A DNA stretch of 64,000 bases from Candidatus Iainarchaeum sp. (lineage in GTDB: Archaea; Iainarchaeota; Iainarchaeia; Iainarchaeales; GCA-2688035). The DNA is taken from the NCBI GenBank assembly GCA_017610175.1, contig JAFCCO010000001.1, positions 64,001 through 128,000 of the forward strand, read 5' to 3'. The translations under genes and the position numbers were made by a program. The notes beneath the pieces were generated by a model. That model did no database searches and was not told the origin of the DNA. It saw only the letters and a list, made by a program, of their open reading frames with translations. Shown here in pieces: positions 1-9,756 of the stretch. Every line of letters begins with the position of its first letter. Within the stretch, counting starts at the first letter, position 1.

Positions 1-1118
1 TTCTTTTCCTTGAGCACCACGTTAAGCGCTTTCCCATAACGTTCGGGCGGAGCGTCTCCTAAGACATCAATCGGGTTGTTTCTGCTCCAGTGCTTGGGAA
101 GAACCCTGTCAAGCTTTGCCATCGCCTCATTGGACAGGGCTGCGATTCTGCACCCGTTTTTAATCACAGCATCAGTTGCCATTACCCCCGGCCCGCCTGC
201 GTTTGTAATTATTGCAAGCCTGTTCCCTTTGGGAAGGGGCTGCCCTGCAAGTGCCTTTGCGCACCCAAGAAGGTCCTGCACGCTTTCAACGCGCACAATT
301 CCTGCCCTTCTAAAAGCGGCCTCAAACACAGCATCGTTTCCTGCCATTGAGCCTGTGTGGGAAATTGCAGCCTTTGCGCTCTCGTTAAACCGGCCTGATT
401 TTGCAACAATTATTGGCTTGCTTTTGGAAAACCTTATTGCCGCATCCATAAACCTTTTTGCGTCCTTGATTGTTTCCATGTAGATTGCAATGCTTTCCAC
501 ATCCTTGTCCTGCTCAATGAATTCAATCAAATCCGCAAAGTTGATGTTGAGCATTGAGCCGACCGAAATAAAGTATTTGAATCCAACATTTTGCTTTATT
601 GCCCAGTCAAGAATGCTTGAGCACAAAGCACCGGACTGGCTTATCAGCGCCATTTTTCCGGGCAAAGCGTTTCTTGTCGCAAAGCTTGCGTTAATCTTTT
701 TGTCAGGCCTTATGAACCCAAGGCAGTTGGGTCCGAGAACGCGCATTCCCGTTCCCCTCACAATTGAGGCAATTTCCCTTTCAAGCTCCTGCCCTTTTTT
801 TCCAATTTCCCCAAACCCTGAGCTTACAATTATTGCCGACTTTGTTTTTGCAGACACGCACTCCCTTACAAGCGATGGCACGATAAATGATGGGGTTGCG
901 ATTATTGCAAGGTCAATTTCTTCCGGGAGATCGGTTATGCTTTTGTGGCACTGGATTCCCATCACATTTTTCCTGTTTGGGTTAACGGGGTAAACTGTTC
1001 CCTTGTAGCCGCTTCCAATCAGGTTCTTCATCAAAGAAAAGCCAACGCTTCCCTTCTGGTTGCTTGCCCCGATTACCGCAATGGATTCGGGGTTAAACAG
1101 CTTGTCTAATCCGTTCAA
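1..1118 (-). CDS. acdA: Acetate--CoA ligase (ADP-forming) alpha subunit family; 3' end runs off the window
   Basis: Not in the ORF track because it has no stop in the window. Manual translation from TTG at 1118: MNGLDKLFNPESIAVIGAS...VYPVNP...GPNCLG...SQSGAL...SHTGSMAG...TNAGGPGV...NPIDVLGDA, matching the CoA-binding and phospho-His (SHTG) motifs of ACD alpha. Confidence 0.92.
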   Translation of the reverse strand, partial: MNGLDKLFNPESIAVIGASNQKGSVGFSLMKNLIGSGYKGTVYPVNPNRKNVMGIQCHKSITDLPEEIDLAIIATPSFIVPSLVRECVSAKTKSAIIVSSGFGEIGKKGQELEREIASIVRGTGMRVLGPNCLGFIRPDKKINASFATRNALPGKMALISQSGALCSSILDWAIKQNVGFKYFISVGSMLNINFADLIEFIEQDKDVESIAIYMETIKDAKRFMDAAIRFSKSKPIIVAKSGRFNESAKAAISHTGSMAGNDAVFEAAFRRAGIVRVESVQDLLGCAKALAGQPLPKGNRLAIITNAGGPGVMATDAVIKNGCRIAALSNEAMAKLDRVLPKHWSRNNPIDVLGDAPPERYGKALNVVLKEK

Positions 1119-1180
1119 AAGTGTGCACTCTCCGCCCTAATAAGGCACGAAGAATTTAATACAGTTTGGTGCGGCTCAAA

Positions 1181-1453
1181 CTACTTTTTTGCCACAAAAA
1201 GGTTGCAGTGGCAGTGGCTCATGTCCTCTATTTCCTTCTGGTGGAAAATGCACGGGCAGATTATGTCCTTGTCCTTTTCCTTGTCACCGCTTAATGCCCT
1301 GCACGGGCAGTATAGCTCGCCGTTTGATTGCTTTTTCCAAAGCAAGCCGGTTATGATTGCATTTACAATCTTCTCATCAGGATTCATTGCAATGCCTGTT
1401 TCCTCGGCAAATTTTTCGCTCTTTTCAAGCAGTGCTTTTTCCTCATCACTCAT
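1181..1453 (-). CDS. Ferredoxin:thioredoxin reductase catalytic subunit-like protein
   Basis: CPC...CPC...CHC signature (YCPCR, ICPCIFH, HCHCNLF); adjacent to thioredoxin. Confidence 0.9.
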   Translation of the reverse strand: MSDEEKALLEKSEKFAEETGIAMNPDEKIVNAIITGLLWKKQSNGELYCPCRALSGDKEKDKDIICPCIFHQKEIEDMSHCHCNLFVAKK

Positions 1454-1462
1454 AGTACCAAC

Positions 1463-1786
1463 TCACAAATTTTCGTCAAGCCACTTTTTTATGACTTCCC
1501 CGGGCCTTGCGCCTGTAAATCCGTTCACAACTTCCCCGTTCTTAATAAGTCTCACATCAGGGATTGGTGAAATTCCAAATTTTGCGCTTGTCTGCGGATT
1601 CTCGTCAACGTTCAGTTTTGCAAGCACAAATTTTCCATCGTAATCTTTTGCAATTTGCTCAAGAACCGACCCAAGCATTTTGCACGGTCCGCACCAGATG
1701 GCATAAAAGTCCACAAGAACAGGAATTTCCTTGCTTTTTTCCACAACTTCCTTTTCAAAATTTGCATCGTTTGCATTAACTTCCAT
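1463..1786 (-). CDS. trxA: Thioredoxin
   Basis: VLVDFYAIWCGPCK active site and cis-Pro motif ISPIP; start set to ATG at 1786 (MEVNAND). Confidence 0.95.
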   Translation of the reverse strand: MEVNANDANFEKEVVEKSKEIPVLVDFYAIWCGPCKMLGSVLEQIAKDYDGKFVLAKLNVDENPQTSAKFGISPIPDVRLIKNGEVVNGFTGARPGEVIKKWLDENL

Positions 1787-1888
1787 CTGAATCAGCCTCA
1801 AACGCATTATATTTTCTTATGATATTAAAGGGCACAGCCAAATTTAAAAGACTTTATACCACTGGTTCATACTATTGGAGGGATTCAA

Positions 1889-2266
1889 TTGCATGACATA
1901 GCGGTAGTTCAAAGTTTTCTGGACGCAATAGTTGAAAAGGTTGAGGGAAGAAAAGTTGGCTCTGTAAAGGCAACACTTGCAATAGGGGCGCTTCGTTTTG
2001 TGGAGAACGAAAATGTAAAATTCTGGATGCAGGAAATGCTGAAGAAGGAATTTGGGGAATCCACGAAAACCGAGATTAAGGTTGAAACAATTCTCCCTTC
2101 AATAAAATGCGGCTGCGGTTTTGAGGGGGATGTGAAAGACTTTGAGGTCACGCACGACATGGCCCACCTTGGAATTTTTGAAATGCACTGTCCCAAATGC
2201 GGGGGAAAAAATTTTGAGATTACAAAGGGCAGGGACTGCGCCCTCACAAGTCTGGAGATTGAATGA
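1889..2266 (+). CDS. hypA: Hydrogenase maturation nickel metallochaperone HypA
   Basis: N-terminal MHD, Zn ligands CGC and CPKC, G-R-D near the C-terminus; GGAGG upstream. Confidence 0.85.
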   Translation: MHDIAVVQSFLDAIVEKVEGRKVGSVKATLAIGALRFVENENVKFWMQEMLKKEFGESTKTEIKVETILPSIKCGCGFEGDVKDFEVTHDMAHLGIFEMHCPKCGGKNFEITKGRDCALTSLEIE

Positions 2267-2706
2267 AGCTCATTCTCCTGGGGATTGGAAGCCCGCTTAA
2301 TGGGGACGACGGAATAGGCACACTTGTTGCCAAAAAGCTTGAGAAAAAGAAGTGGCTTAATTCAATCCCCTGCGAAACCGTTCCTGAAAATTTTGCAGGG
2401 GTTATCCGAAGGGAATTGCCGGACATTGTGATTCTTGTTGATGCCGCAGAAATGGGCCTTGAATCCGGCCAGTTAAGGCTTGTTCCAAAAGAAAAACTGA
2501 ATTCTATTGCAATGGGCACGCATGGAATTCCACTGAAACATCTTGTTTCAGAGCTTGAGGAAAGCGCAAAGCAGGTAATTTTTATAGGGGTGCAGCCTGA
2601 AACAGTTCGCTTTGGGGAAAGGCTTTCCCCTGCCGTTAAAAAAAGCGGGCAGAAGCTTGTTGAAATAATAAAGCAAAGGGGCTGGAGTCAAATTGAAAAG
2701 CTTTAG
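2263..2706 (+). CDS. hycI: Hydrogenase maturation protease (HycI type)
   Basis: LGIGSPLNGDDGIG, ETVPEN, LVDAA, GTHGIP and GVQP motifs; overlaps the hypA stop. Confidence 0.92.
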   Translation: MKLILLGIGSPLNGDDGIGTLVAKKLEKKKWLNSIPCETVPENFAGVIRRELPDIVILVDAAEMGLESGQLRLVPKEKLNSIAMGTHGIPLKHLVSELEESAKQVIFIGVQPETVRFGERLSPAVKKSGQKLVEIIKQRGWSQIEKL

Positions 2707-3080
2707 TCCCGTTTGTAGTCTGCAATCAGAAACTCGTTGCTCAGAGTAAGCGCGTTAACCGGGCAGACATCAACACACTGTGCGCAGAAAGTGCATCTTG
2801 AGCAGATGTATTTGATTTTTCTTTCCTTTTCCTGAAACACCACTGCCGCTGCAGGGCATACTTTAATGCAGAGTTTGCAGCCAATGCATTTGTTTCGGTC
2901 GTAGTCTATTTTTCCCCTGAATTTTTCAGGAACCGGAATGGGGGGATTAAGCCGTGCCTTGCCTTTGCTGACTTTTTCAAGAAGTTTCAGCACTGATTTT
3001 GGAGCGTGTTTTGCCGGAAACTCGTTTGTGGCGGGTTTTTTGAAAAGCTGCCTCAAAAGCTCTTTTGCCATTTCAAACAT
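2703..3080 (-). CDS. mbhN: Mbh subunit N, 2x[4Fe-4S] (NuoI-like)
   Basis: FRGK, CIGCKLCIKVCP and CTFCAQCVDVCP; last gene of the operon. Confidence 0.9.
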   Translation of the reverse strand: MFEMAKELLRQLFKKPATNEFPAKHAPKSVLKLLEKVSKGKARLNPPIPVPEKFRGKIDYDRNKCIGCKLCIKVCPAAAVVFQEKERKIKYICSRCTFCAQCVDVCPVNALTLSNEFLIADYKRD

Positions 3081-4073
3081 TTATACCCCTCCCAGCAAAA
3101 CATCCGCAGTAACCAAAGCAAGCCCCAACAGAGCAATTGCCGTTGTATGCCCCAGGTATACTTTTACAATCTGTGTTATGCGGAATCTTGCAATCGCAAC
3201 CCTTGCAAATGTTGTTCCAACAAAAACAACCGCAATAACTTTCAGAATGTAGAAAACTATTTCAGCGGCAATGGATTCATTGCCTGCAAAGCCAAACAAG
3301 GGGCCTATGCTGAATGGCAGGAATATTGCGGTTATTATTGAGGCCATTGCAACTGTTTTAACCGCGTCCGTAAGGTAGAACAGCGCAAGGTTTGTTCCGG
3401 AGTACTCCACAAGCAGCCCCCCTGCAATTTCGGTTTCCGCTTCTGCGCTGTCAAACGGGATTTTCGCAAGCTCCCCGGGCATTACAAAGAGCAATGCAAT
3501 AAAAAGCAGCAAAAGCCCAACAAGCCCAATCGGGCCAACAAGTGCCCAGACGTTTGCAGTCGCTATTGTGTAAAGTGAGAACGATGCGGCATGCCCGGCG
3601 CTTGAAACAAGCCACGCCGTTGTAACCGCTGTTATTGCAAGCGGAAACTCGTAGGACATCATTGTAACCATTTCCCTCTGGGCTCCGACTGTTGCATAGG
3701 GTGAGCCGGAAGCAAAACCCCCTATCACCATTGCAAGGGATGGAAATATCAGGATATAAAGTACGAGAACAAGGTCCCCACTGCCCTCAAGCAGGGGAGG
3801 AAAGCCCGCAATTGGCAGGTATAAAATGACCAAGAGTGCGCTTGCAAGTGCAATTACAGGCATTAAATTGAAAATCAGCGGAACAGAGTTTCTTGGAACT
3901 ATGTTTTCCTTCATCAGCAGCTTTTTTATATCGGTGAACGGCTGTGTTACAGGGGGGCCGATTCTTGCCTGCATTCTTGCGGCAACAATTCTGTCAATTC
4001 CCTTTAGCACTAGCCCAAACACAATTGCCGCTGCCGCAATCAAAGGGATAAGTGCCATTGCCCAGATGTTCAC
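3081..4073 (-). CDS. mbhM: Mbh subunit M (NuoH-like membrane anchor)
   Basis: RMQARIGPP...QPFTD, PFDSAEAETEI, EYSG and ARFR motifs; multi-pass membrane protein. Confidence 0.92.
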   Translation of the reverse strand: MNIWAMALIPLIAAAAIVFGLVLKGIDRIVAARMQARIGPPVTQPFTDIKKLLMKENIVPRNSVPLIFNLMPVIALASALLVILYLPIAGFPPLLEGSGDLVLVLYILIFPSLAMVIGGFASGSPYATVGAQREMVTMMSYEFPLAITAVTTAWLVSSAGHAASFSLYTIATANVWALVGPIGLVGLLLLFIALLFVMPGELAKIPFDSAEAETEIAGGLLVEYSGTNLALFYLTDAVKTVAMASIITAIFLPFSIGPLFGFAGNESIAAEIVFYILKVIAVVFVGTTFARVAIARFRITQIVKVYLGHTTAIALLGLALVTADVLLGGV

Positions 4074-5305
4074 GCAAGTTGCCCCCTGATATTTTCCGTT
4101 TTTTCAACCGACAGCCTGTGCAGCATGTCGTGGTTCAGAACATTTTCGTTGTTTTCAGCAACCACTGCTCGGTTGCAGCAGGACATGCAGGGGTCAATTG
4201 AGGCGGCAATTATTGGAATGTCCGCGACCTGCTCGCCTTCAAGCATTGGAATCCACGGCAAAAGATTGCTGTAGGTGGGGGGCTTTACTTTCCAGGAGTA
4301 GGGCGATTCCTCCCCCACAAGCTTTACATAGTGGAACACTTCGCCGCGCGGGGCTTCAAGCCGCCCTGTGGCTTCGCCATGCACTCCCTTAAGCTGTGCA
4401 AGAAGTTTTATCGGCTTTTCTTCGTAAACGATTTTTCCCCCCGGCATGTTTTTTACACAGAATTCAAGTATGTCCGCCGACTGCGCAACCTCAAGAAGCC
4501 TCACAACTATGCGGTCGAAAACATCTCCCTTAATTTCCCCTGTAAGCTGGTCAGGGGTAATGGCCTTTAATCCAAAATCAGGGTATGCGGCATATGGCTC
4601 GTCCTGCCTTACATCGCGGGCGATTCCAGAAGCCCTTGCGGTTGGGCCCACAGCGCAAAGGGTTAATGCGTCCTTTTTTGTGAGAACTCCAATATCCTTT
4701 GTCCTTGATTTTATGACAGGGTCATCGAGGAAAATTGCCTTGAGTTTTCCAAAAACCGACCTGTAGTATTCAACCGCTTCAATAATTTTTGCGTGGTTTT
4801 TTTCCTCAAAGTCACGCCGCACCCCTCCTATTGTTGGGATTCCCTTTGTTATGCGGTTTCCTGAAAGCAGTTCAATTACATCAAGCACTTTTTCTCGCGC
4901 TTTCCAGGTATAATGCATTGCCGAGTCAAATCCAAGCTCGTGTGCTGCAACTCCTGCCCAAAGCAAATGTGAGTGAATTCTTTCAAGTTCTGCACCCATT
5001 GTCCTGACATACTGTGCGCGTGCGGGAACCTCTATTCCTGCAATTTTTTCAACCGCTGTGCAGAACGATATCGTATGGCAGATGTTGCAGATTCCACAAA
5101 TTCTTTCAGCAAGGTAAAGAATCTGAATAGGGTTTCTTCTTGTTGCAATCCACTCTATTCCGCGGTGCGCCTGGCTTAGTTCAAAGTCCACGCTCTTTAT
5201 TTTTTCCCCCGCAATCAGGCAGTTCAACTGAATCGGTTCTTTTAACGCAGGGTGAACAGGGCCAACCGAAATTTTGAAACTGTTTTTGTCTCTGCTGAGC
5301 CTCAT
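4070..5305 (-). CDS. mbhL: Group 4 [NiFe]-hydrogenase large subunit MbhL
   Basis: GPVHP, HRGIE, L1 ERICGIC, EAPRGE and L2 DPCMSC, followed by Arg and a C-terminal extension. Confidence 0.95.
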   Translation of the reverse strand: MRLSRDKNSFKISVGPVHPALKEPIQLNCLIAGEKIKSVDFELSQAHRGIEWIATRRNPIQILYLAERICGICNICHTISFCTAVEKIAGIEVPARAQYVRTMGAELERIHSHLLWAGVAAHELGFDSAMHYTWKAREKVLDVIELLSGNRITKGIPTIGGVRRDFEEKNHAKIIEAVEYYRSVFGKLKAIFLDDPVIKSRTKDIGVLTKKDALTLCAVGPTARASGIARDVRQDEPYAAYPDFGLKAITPDQLTGEIKGDVFDRIVVRLLEVAQSADILEFCVKNMPGGKIVYEEKPIKLLAQLKGVHGEATGRLEAPRGEVFHYVKLVGEESPYSWKVKPPTYSNLLPWIPMLEGEQVADIPIIAASIDPCMSCCNRAVVAENNENVLNHDMLHRLSVEKTENIRGQLA

Positions 5306-5826
5306 TTTTTCACCCTATGCAGGTCGCGCACCATGTTTCCAACCCCTGTTTTGTCCCTTCTCCAGGGGAACTTTTTCTTTGGAAAGTTTTTGGGAAGGAA
5401 AAGTCTTCTTCCATCCGGAATTCCCTCGACCTTCACCCCAAGCATTTCCTGAGTTTCCCGTTCTGAAACAAGGGCTCCGAGAATGAAATCGGTTATTGTT
5501 GGAATGGCCGGCTTTTCAGAGGAAAGAACAATTTTAACATTTACTGCAAGTTCAGAAAACTGTTTTGCGTAATTGAGTGAAAAGTGGTAAATGAGCTCTA
5601 TTGAGCTGCCAACCTGGTATCCTGAAATGACCACAAAATGGGGGGCAGGGTGCAGTATGCAGAGTTCCCTTACAAACGGCCTTAGCCCTTCTTTTTCAAT
5701 TGTTAGCCACACACTTGGGATTGTGTATTTTTTCTTTGCCTTGTGCACTGCATTGTCTATGCGTACCTCTTTAATTTTTGAGCCAAGCTTTTTCTGCATA
5801 GCCCTAACAAGGTTTTTAGCATTCAT
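5302..5826 (-). CDS. mbhK: Mbh subunit K (NuoC-like)
   Basis: IPTIT...SERETQEMLGV.VEGIPDGRRLFLP...PWR motif. Confidence 0.9.
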   Translation of the reverse strand: MNAKNLVRAMQKKLGSKIKEVRIDNAVHKAKKKYTIPSVWLTIEKEGLRPFVRELCILHPAPHFVVISGYQVGSSIELIYHFSLNYAKQFSELAVNVKIVLSSEKPAIPTITDFILGALVSERETQEMLGVKVEGIPDGRRLFLPKNFPKKKFPWRRDKTGVGNMVRDLHRVKK

Positions 5827-6251
5827 TTCCCCGCCTCCTTTTTCTCAAGTTTTGCCCATGCCTTTACAACCCCGTTGATTATTGCCTCCGGGCGGGGGGG
5901 GCATCCCCTTACATAAACGTCAACCGGAATAATGTTGTCAATCGGGCCGTCAAGGCAGTATGATTCATAAAAAACCCCTCCGGTCGCCCCGCAGTTTCCC
6001 ACAGCTATTACAACCTTTGGGTCGGGGGTTTGTTCATAAACGCGCTTTAGCTTTGCACTCATGTCCATTGTAACAGGTCCCGTAACCAGAAGCACATCTG
6101 CGTGCCTTGGGCTGCCGACAAGCTTCATTCCAAACCGTTCAATGTCATAGCGGGGCATAAGCGCGGCAACAATTTCTATGTCACACCCGTTGCACGAGCC
6201 TGTGTTCACATGAAACACCCAAAGTGACCTGTTCAAATTGCTTATGCCCAA
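5823..6251 (-). CDS. mbhJ: Mbh small subunit J (NuoB-like, [4Fe-4S])
   Basis: GSCNGCDIE, SPRHAD, GNC and GCPPRP motifs. Confidence 0.95.
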   Translation of the reverse strand: MGISNLNRSLWVFHVNTGSCNGCDIEIVAALMPRYDIERFGMKLVGSPRHADVLLVTGPVTMDMSAKLKRVYEQTPDPKVVIAVGNCGATGGVFYESYCLDGPIDNIIPVDVYVRGCPPRPEAIINGVVKAWAKLEKKEAGK

Positions 6252-6583
6252 ACCAATTCCCCCGCAAACACCGCAATCAGCAAAACAACTATTGCCAAAA
6301 CAAACAGGTAAACATAGTCGTTTACCAGTCCTGAATGAAGCCTTTCAAGAAACGCATAATAACCCTTCAGTGACTCAAAAAAGCCCCAGTAAAGATTTCC
6401 AGCCTTTATCGGGCTTTCGGGCACAACATCGCCTGAAAAGAAAGGTTTTGTTTTGTCCCCCCTGTTTTTGAAACCACTTTTCCCAAAAGACCTTATTACC
6501 AAAACAAATGCAACAATAATTGTAACCGCCACAGCCCAGATTAGGGGGTCCCAAACCCCTGCCGCGCTTTCAATCAAAGCCAT
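6242..6583 (-). CDS. mbhI: Mbh subunit I
   Basis: Two TM segments, KPFFSG and HSGLVNDY motifs; lies between mbhH and mbhJ. Confidence 0.85.
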   Translation of the reverse strand: MALIESAAGVWDPLIWAVAVTIIVAFVLVIRSFGKSGFKNRGDKTKPFFSGDVVPESPIKAGNLYWGFFESLKGYYAFLERLHSGLVNDYVYLFVLAIVVLLIAVFAGELVWA

Positions 6584-8115
6584 CAGAGAACGCTCCCTGT
6601 GTATGCCGTCTGGTTAAGAAGTGCGCCGGCGGCGGGTTTTACAATTGCTTCAAGAACTATTTCTGGGAACAGCCCAAACAAAATTATTGCAATTGCAATC
6701 AATGCCATCGGGGCAAGAACAATTAAGGGGACCTCTTTCACGTTTGTTTTAACCTCGTTTCCAAGGAATACCGCATAAAACACTTTTACAAAAGACGCAA
6801 GTGTCATAATACTTACAAGCATTGCTATTGCCGACAAAATCGGGCTGAACAGAAAAACCGATTCATACAGCAGGAATTTGGACGCAAATCCGTTAAAGGG
6901 AGGAAGGCCTGCAATCGCAAGCGCCCCGATAACAAAGAACGCGGCGGTCCACGGCATTTTTTTTGCAAGCCCGCCCATTTCATTCAGGTTTCTTGTCCCA
7001 AGTCTGTAAATCACAGCCCCTGCCGTTAGGAAAAGAAGGCTTTTGTAAAGGGTGTGGTTGATTACGTGGAACAGGCTTCCCTCGATTGCCTTGATTCCGA
7101 AAGCGGTTAATGCAGCGGGGTTGTTTATTACCGCAAGGCACACTCCGGCCCCAAGAAGCATGTAACCGGTTTGCGAAACAGCGTGGTAGGCCATAAGCCT
7201 CTTAATGTCCTTTTGCATTATTGCCATTGACACCCCGACAAACATTGAGAGCACTCCGAATACAATTAATGCCCAGGCAATTGTTTCAATCAAAGGCGCT
7301 TTTCCAAAGAGAATGAATGAAATTCTGAACAATGCGTAAAGGCTTGCCTGGCTTGCAACAACAAGCATTGCCGAAACCGAAGCAGGAGCCTCGCCATATG
7401 CATCCGAAACCCACATGTGAAGCGGTATTGCCCCGCATTTCATGGCAAGTGCTGCGGTAAGCAGCACAAGTGCAATCTTGTCAAGGAAAGTGAATTTAAG
7501 CACCCCTGCAAGCGCCGCAAGGTTAAGCAAGTTATACTGCCCGTAAAACAGTCCCGCCGAAAGCAGAATCATCAATGCGGCAATCGAGCTCACAACCAGG
7601 TATTTGAATGCCGCCTCATAAGGCTGGCCTCTTCCGGAATAGAATGCTATTAGTGCCGCGGACGAGATTGTAAGCAATTCGATAAAAACAAACAGGCTGA
7701 AGATGTCGCCTGTAAAAACCATCCCAAGCATTCCCGCAACCATCAGAAGTGCGGCCGCAAAAAATTTGCTTCCGTCTTTCACAAACTTTATTGAATAAAT
7801 TATTGCAAGCAGTGCAATTGTTGCGGACGCAATTGCGAAAAGCGCCGAGAGCGCGTCGATTTCAAGAATTATCCTTACCGGAAAGCCCGCTGCCGCCACA
7901 TTGTCCGGTGAAACAGCGCCCAGTGCGTAAGTTATTGTCTTGCCTGAAAAAGCCTGTGCCGCAAGGCTTAGGACAAGCAATTCCGTAAATGCAAGCGCCG
8001 CAACGGACAGCGCTTTTGGAAGCCTTTTGCACACCCTTGATGCAATTGGCATCGCAAAAGCAGCAAGCAGGGGTATTGCAATCGCAAGGGCGGGAGCATG
8101 CGCTAATAGGTTCAT
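6583..8115 (-). CDS. mbhH: Mbh subunit H (MrpD/NuoN-like proton-translocating subunit)
   Basis: About 14 TM; FVFIE, AFKY, PLHMWVSDAY, KRLMAY and GLPPFNGFASK motifs. Confidence 0.93.
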   Translation of the reverse strand: MNLLAHAPALAIAIPLLAAFAMPIASRVCKRLPKALSVAALAFTELLVLSLAAQAFSGKTITYALGAVSPDNVAAAGFPVRIILEIDALSALFAIASATIALLAIIYSIKFVKDGSKFFAAALLMVAGMLGMVFTGDIFSLFVFIELLTISSAALIAFYSGRGQPYEAAFKYLVVSSIAALMILLSAGLFYGQYNLLNLAALAGVLKFTFLDKIALVLLTAALAMKCGAIPLHMWVSDAYGEAPASVSAMLVVASQASLYALFRISFILFGKAPLIETIAWALIVFGVLSMFVGVSMAIMQKDIKRLMAYHAVSQTGYMLLGAGVCLAVINNPAALTAFGIKAIEGSLFHVINHTLYKSLLFLTAGAVIYRLGTRNLNEMGGLAKKMPWTAAFFVIGALAIAGLPPFNGFASKFLLYESVFLFSPILSAIAMLVSIMTLASFVKVFYAVFLGNEVKTNVKEVPLIVLAPMALIAIAIILFGLFPEIVLEAIVKPAAGALLNQTAYTGSVL

Positions 8116-8450
8116 TTCTTAAGCCTCCTTTCCCTGCTGTCCAGTGTGCCGTAATGCTGGTAGATTTTCATTGCAAACGAAAGCATCATCGCAACAATTG
8201 CAAGGTTAATTACAATTGAGGTAAGGGTCAGGGCCTGGGGGGTGGGCATAACCATTGCAAGCGAGGGGGCGTTTGTAAAAATTGGTGCGATCGAGTTTTC
8301 CCTGTACCCTGTTCCTACAAGAAAAAGGTTTACTCCGCTTCCAACAACACTCACCGCCATGACTATTTTTATCAGGTTGCGCCTTGTCATCGCCGCGTAA
8401 AGCCCCACCGTTATTAGCATTGCCGCCGCCACAAATACAAGGTTGCTCAT
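8112..8450 (-). CDS. mbhG: Mbh subunit G (MrpC-like)
   Basis: NLIK, PQALTLTSIVI and YGTLD motifs. Confidence 0.9.
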   Translation of the reverse strand: MSNLVFVAAAMLITVGLYAAMTRRNLIKIVMAVSVVGSGVNLFLVGTGYRENSIAPIFTNAPSLAMVMPTPQALTLTSIVINLAIVAMMLSFAMKIYQHYGTLDSRERRLKK

Positions 8451-8905
8451 TTGCTCACCTCTGCGGTGAACATTGTTATTGCGATTAAGGAAATTGCCGC
8501 AAACACCTCAAGCCCAACCGCCATGTTCATAAGTGGAATAAGCCCCGCTGTTCCAAGCCATCCGGGATTTGGGCCGAAGGCGACCGCATTTCCAAAGAAC
8601 AGCCCCTGGCCCACAAGAAAATTGTTGAAAAAGCTTTTTCCAATCCCCATGATTGCAAGGCCCACAAACCCAACAAGCCCAAGGCTTTCCGCCATTGAAA
8701 GTCTTTCTTTGCCGATTGCCTTAACCCAGCTTGTCCCAAAACTTATCAGGAGAAGGGCGGTCATTGTCGCAATTATTGCGCCCCCCGGAAAGCCGCCTCC
8801 GGGTGTAAGGTGCCCGTGCGCAATTACATACAATCCAAAAACCGTGATTGGGACAAGTGCCACTGCGGCAACGTTTTTGACAATTGGTGAAAGCCCCTTG
8901 TTCAT
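8447..8905 (-). CDS. mbhF: Mbh subunit F (MrpB-like)
   Basis: HGHLTPGGGFPGG and VGLEV motifs. Confidence 0.92.
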   Translation of the reverse strand: MNKGLSPIVKNVAAVALVPITVFGLYVIAHGHLTPGGGFPGGAIIATMTALLLISFGTSWVKAIGKERLSMAESLGLVGFVGLAIMGIGKSFFNNFLVGQGLFFGNAVAFGPNPGWLGTAGLIPLMNMAVGLEVFAAISLIAITMFTAEVSK

Positions 8906-9171
8906 TTCTTGCCGCCCCCCAGTGCGATAAAGACCCCTGTTGCTGCTGCAAACAGAACACTTGCTTCCACAAGAGTGTCCATTCCCCTGTAATCAAAAAC
9001 TATTGCCGCAACTATATTATTGCTTCCTGTTTCTTCCTGCCCGTGTGCGATGAAAAAATCATCCATTTTTGTTTCGCTTGGCTTTCCAGCAGGGTGTATT
9101 GAGAAAGACATTGCCAAAAGGAAAACGAAAAGGATTGCGGCTACAATCGGTTTTGATTTATTTCTTTCCAT
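8902..9171 (-). CDS. mbhE: Mbh subunit E
   Basis: NIVAAIVFDYRGMDTLVE motif. Confidence 0.92.
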   Translation of the reverse strand: MERNKSKPIVAAILFVFLLAMSFSIHPAGKPSETKMDDFFIAHGQEETGSNNIVAAIVFDYRGMDTLVEASVLFAAATGVFIALGGGKK

Positions 9172-9412
9172 TTTCCCACCTTTCTGTTTTTGTTATTGCA
9201 ACTATAAAAATTGCCGTTGAAAGCCCGGCTCCAATTGCAGCCTCTGCAATTGCAACATCCGGGGCCTGCAGCAAGTAAAATTCTGTTGAAAGAAGCAGGC
9301 TTGTTGCCGCAAGAAAAATTGCCGATGCGACAAGGTCCGTATTTTTGAGTGCAAAGAAAGCGCTTGCAACTATTCCCACAAGCAAAATAACCTGTATTGA
9401 TTCAAAAATCAT
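9158..9412 (-). CDS. mbhD: Mbh subunit D
   Basis: LQAPDVAIAEAAIGAG motif. Confidence 0.92.
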   Translation of the reverse strand: MIFESIQVILLVGIVASAFFALKNTDLVASAIFLAATSLLLSTEFYLLQAPDVAIAEAAIGAGLSTAIFIVAITKTERWENGKK

Positions 9413-9756
9413 ATCCTCACTCCCTTAAGTTTGTCTACAACCGCCAGTGCCGGCTTTATCCCACTTCTGTAGGCGGCTCTTGCTATTGCATGTGCCCCTG
9501 TTGGATTTGTTAAGAGCAGCAAAAGCATTACAAGAAGGGTGTGCAGTGAAAGTTGCATTCCCTGCGTGTTTCCTTCAAAAAATTGTATTGCTCCAATTAT
9601 GATTACTGCGAGGTAAATGAATATTGACCCAAAGGTTGTGCACTTTGTTGCGCCGTGGAGCCTTGTGTACACATCCGGAAAACGGTGCAGTGCGACAACC
9701 CCGAATGTTTGGAATATCAGGCCGATTGCAAGAGACAGATATGCAAGTTCAATCAT
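9409..9756 (-). CDS. mbhC: Mbh subunit C (MrpG-like)
   Basis: RFPDVYTRLHGATK and NPTGAHAIARAA motifs. Confidence 0.92.
   Translation of the reverse strand: MIELAYLSLAIGLIFQTFGVVALHRFPDVYTRLHGATKCTTFGSIFIYLAVIIIGAIQFFEGNTQGMQLSLHTLLVMLLLLLTNPTGAHAIARAAYRSGIKPALAVVDKLKGVRI

Noticed and set aside
76-993. Plus-strand ORFs 76-483 and 490-993
   Set aside because: They are antisense shadows of the acetate-CoA ligase. The same applies to most short overlapping ORFs in the track.
4070-5305. Complex I NuoD or sulfane reductase MbsL
   Set aside because: Both CxxC Ni-binding motifs are intact, and hypA/hycI are adjacent.
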